Assembly: GCA_964199315.1 (NCBI GenBank)
Contig: OZ116702.1
Span: forward strand, 7,254,001-7,318,000
DNA length: 64,000 bases
Reading direction: 5' to 3'
Origin: Orbicella franksi
Lineage: Eukaryota
The position numbers were made by a program, and so were the translations under genes. This document shows, piece by piece, positions 62,615-64,000 of this stretch. The notes under the pieces are model-generated. The model searched no databases. It worked only from the letters and a program-made list of their open reading frames with translations, and was not told the origin of the DNA. Within the stretch, counting starts at the first letter, position 1; every line of letters begins with the position of its first letter.

Positions 62615-64000
62615 GTAAGATCTCTGCAGAGACTTTCTTGTTTGCTATGGATTAAAATTTGTTAAAGGGTGAGCAAATGCAAACAATGGCTGGAATAAAT
62701 AGGGGCCGCAGAGCTTTAACTTTCAATGTGAATCAGCTTATGTTGAATTTGTATTCAGTGCATATTATGGAATCGATTGTGTTTTCTTTTGGTCTTTGAC
62801 CTGGTAATAATCGCCGACATTTCGAGCAATCTGTCCGTGGTTTCTTGAACAAACTTGGATACGACATCGCGAAATAGATTAATTTCGTAGAGAAATTCAA
62901 ACTGTTTTAAATGTCTGGCTGAGAATTGACTTAAGCTTAACTAAGGCTTAAGTGTCTTCGTAAATGACAAAGGCCCTGGATGTGTCTCAAGTAAGCTTAT
63001 GGATTCTTGGTTAACCAGCAACCAGTTGTCCTGTATGGAAGAAATTGCGATTGCTAGAACGACAACCCCGGACACTGGTTGGAAATATTAAATGAATTTT
63101 CTTGTTGCCACTGTGAGTTTTTGCACTCGTTTGCACAGAAGGGCTGAGGTGAAAATAATTAGTGATTATCGCGTTTTAGCCATCTCAAGTTTTCTGTAAT
63201 TTGAATCTTCCAACGAGAATACTTTAGTTTGTGGTAACGCGTGTTGTTTTTAAAACTGCTGCATTTATTTATTAGCAAGTGTGTATGTGTATTGATTAAT
63301 TCACTTTTGTAACGCTGGTGAGATACCAGTAATGTTCATATATTTGTCTTTTTGTAACTGCATAGCAAAAATAGTGTTTGATCTGAGTTTTTTCTGTAAC
63401 CACTGTGTAAACTAAACCTGGAAATTATATTGCAATACTCACATGGATCTCTCCTTCTCTGTGTCCTCTTTGATCTCTCTGTTGGTTTCTTTTGTGACAA
63501 TAAAAATGTTTCCTGAAAAGTAACCTTCACCTTGAATTGCCACTTATTCAATATTCATAGATATTAATTTTGCATTTTTTAGATTCTTGATTGCATCCAA
63601 TATAGCATCGTATATTATTATTGTTATATTATCCTCTGATGATCCGGGGATGATGAGCTTCACAAGGGGAAAAGTTACTCAGTCTTATTGTGTGATTCAA
63701 ATGATTTTGGAGAAACTCTAAATTGAAACTCCTCATGTTTTTAAAGATCAGTGATTTGACTGTCTTGTGGTCTGTTGAAGGCCTGATGCATGCATGGATT
63801 TGATTTCAATTTAGAAACTTGACCAACCTTAATTGGCATAATGTGGTCTAGCTTGTTGTTGCAGTTGTCTCAACTCAGTGGGTGCTCTGCAATTTTAGAG
63901 ATGAAAACTAAATACAGATTTTTTTGCACAACCAGAAGTTTACCCACATTATCCTATGTGGAGATGTGCATTGAATAAGGGCATACGGTAATAAATGACT

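Noticed and set aside
1-64000. CRISPR array, rRNA, prophage or bacterial operon
   Set aside because: There are no regularly spaced repeats, rRNA signatures or dense intronless ORFs. The DNA is eukaryotic, with spliceosomal introns throughout.

Overview
This is eukaryotic, AT-rich, intron-containing animal DNA. Its MITE, SINE and Penelope repeats look like those I recall from stony-coral (cnidarian) genomes, which is an inference and not a database result. I could build three complete spliced genes by hand from splice sites and reading frames. (1) A 2-exon, 221-aa unknown gene on the minus strand, whose predicted pattern is a tandem ABM/Dabb-like alpha+beta barrel. (2) THUMPD1 on the plus strand (6 exons, 341 aa), head-to-head with gene 1, with the start codons 345 bp apart. 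(3) A CDK4/6-family kinase on the minus strand (6 coding exons, 321 aa, PLSTIRE motif). The window also holds a transposon-disrupted histamine-N-methyltransferase-like gene with an inverted paralogue fragment beside it, two Penelope-like retroelement remnants, many MITEs and SINEs, and a decayed coding relic at the left end. A roughly 28-kb region with no recognisable coding sequence follows CDK4/6. At the right end is the 5' part of an unidentified plus-strand gene preceded by four perfect CRE sites. No CRISPR array, rRNA or genuine tRNA gene was seen. The best leads are the bacterial-type-fold unknown protein, a possible transposon-mediated rescue of the methyltransferase, the inverted tRNA-SINE composite and the CRE cluster.
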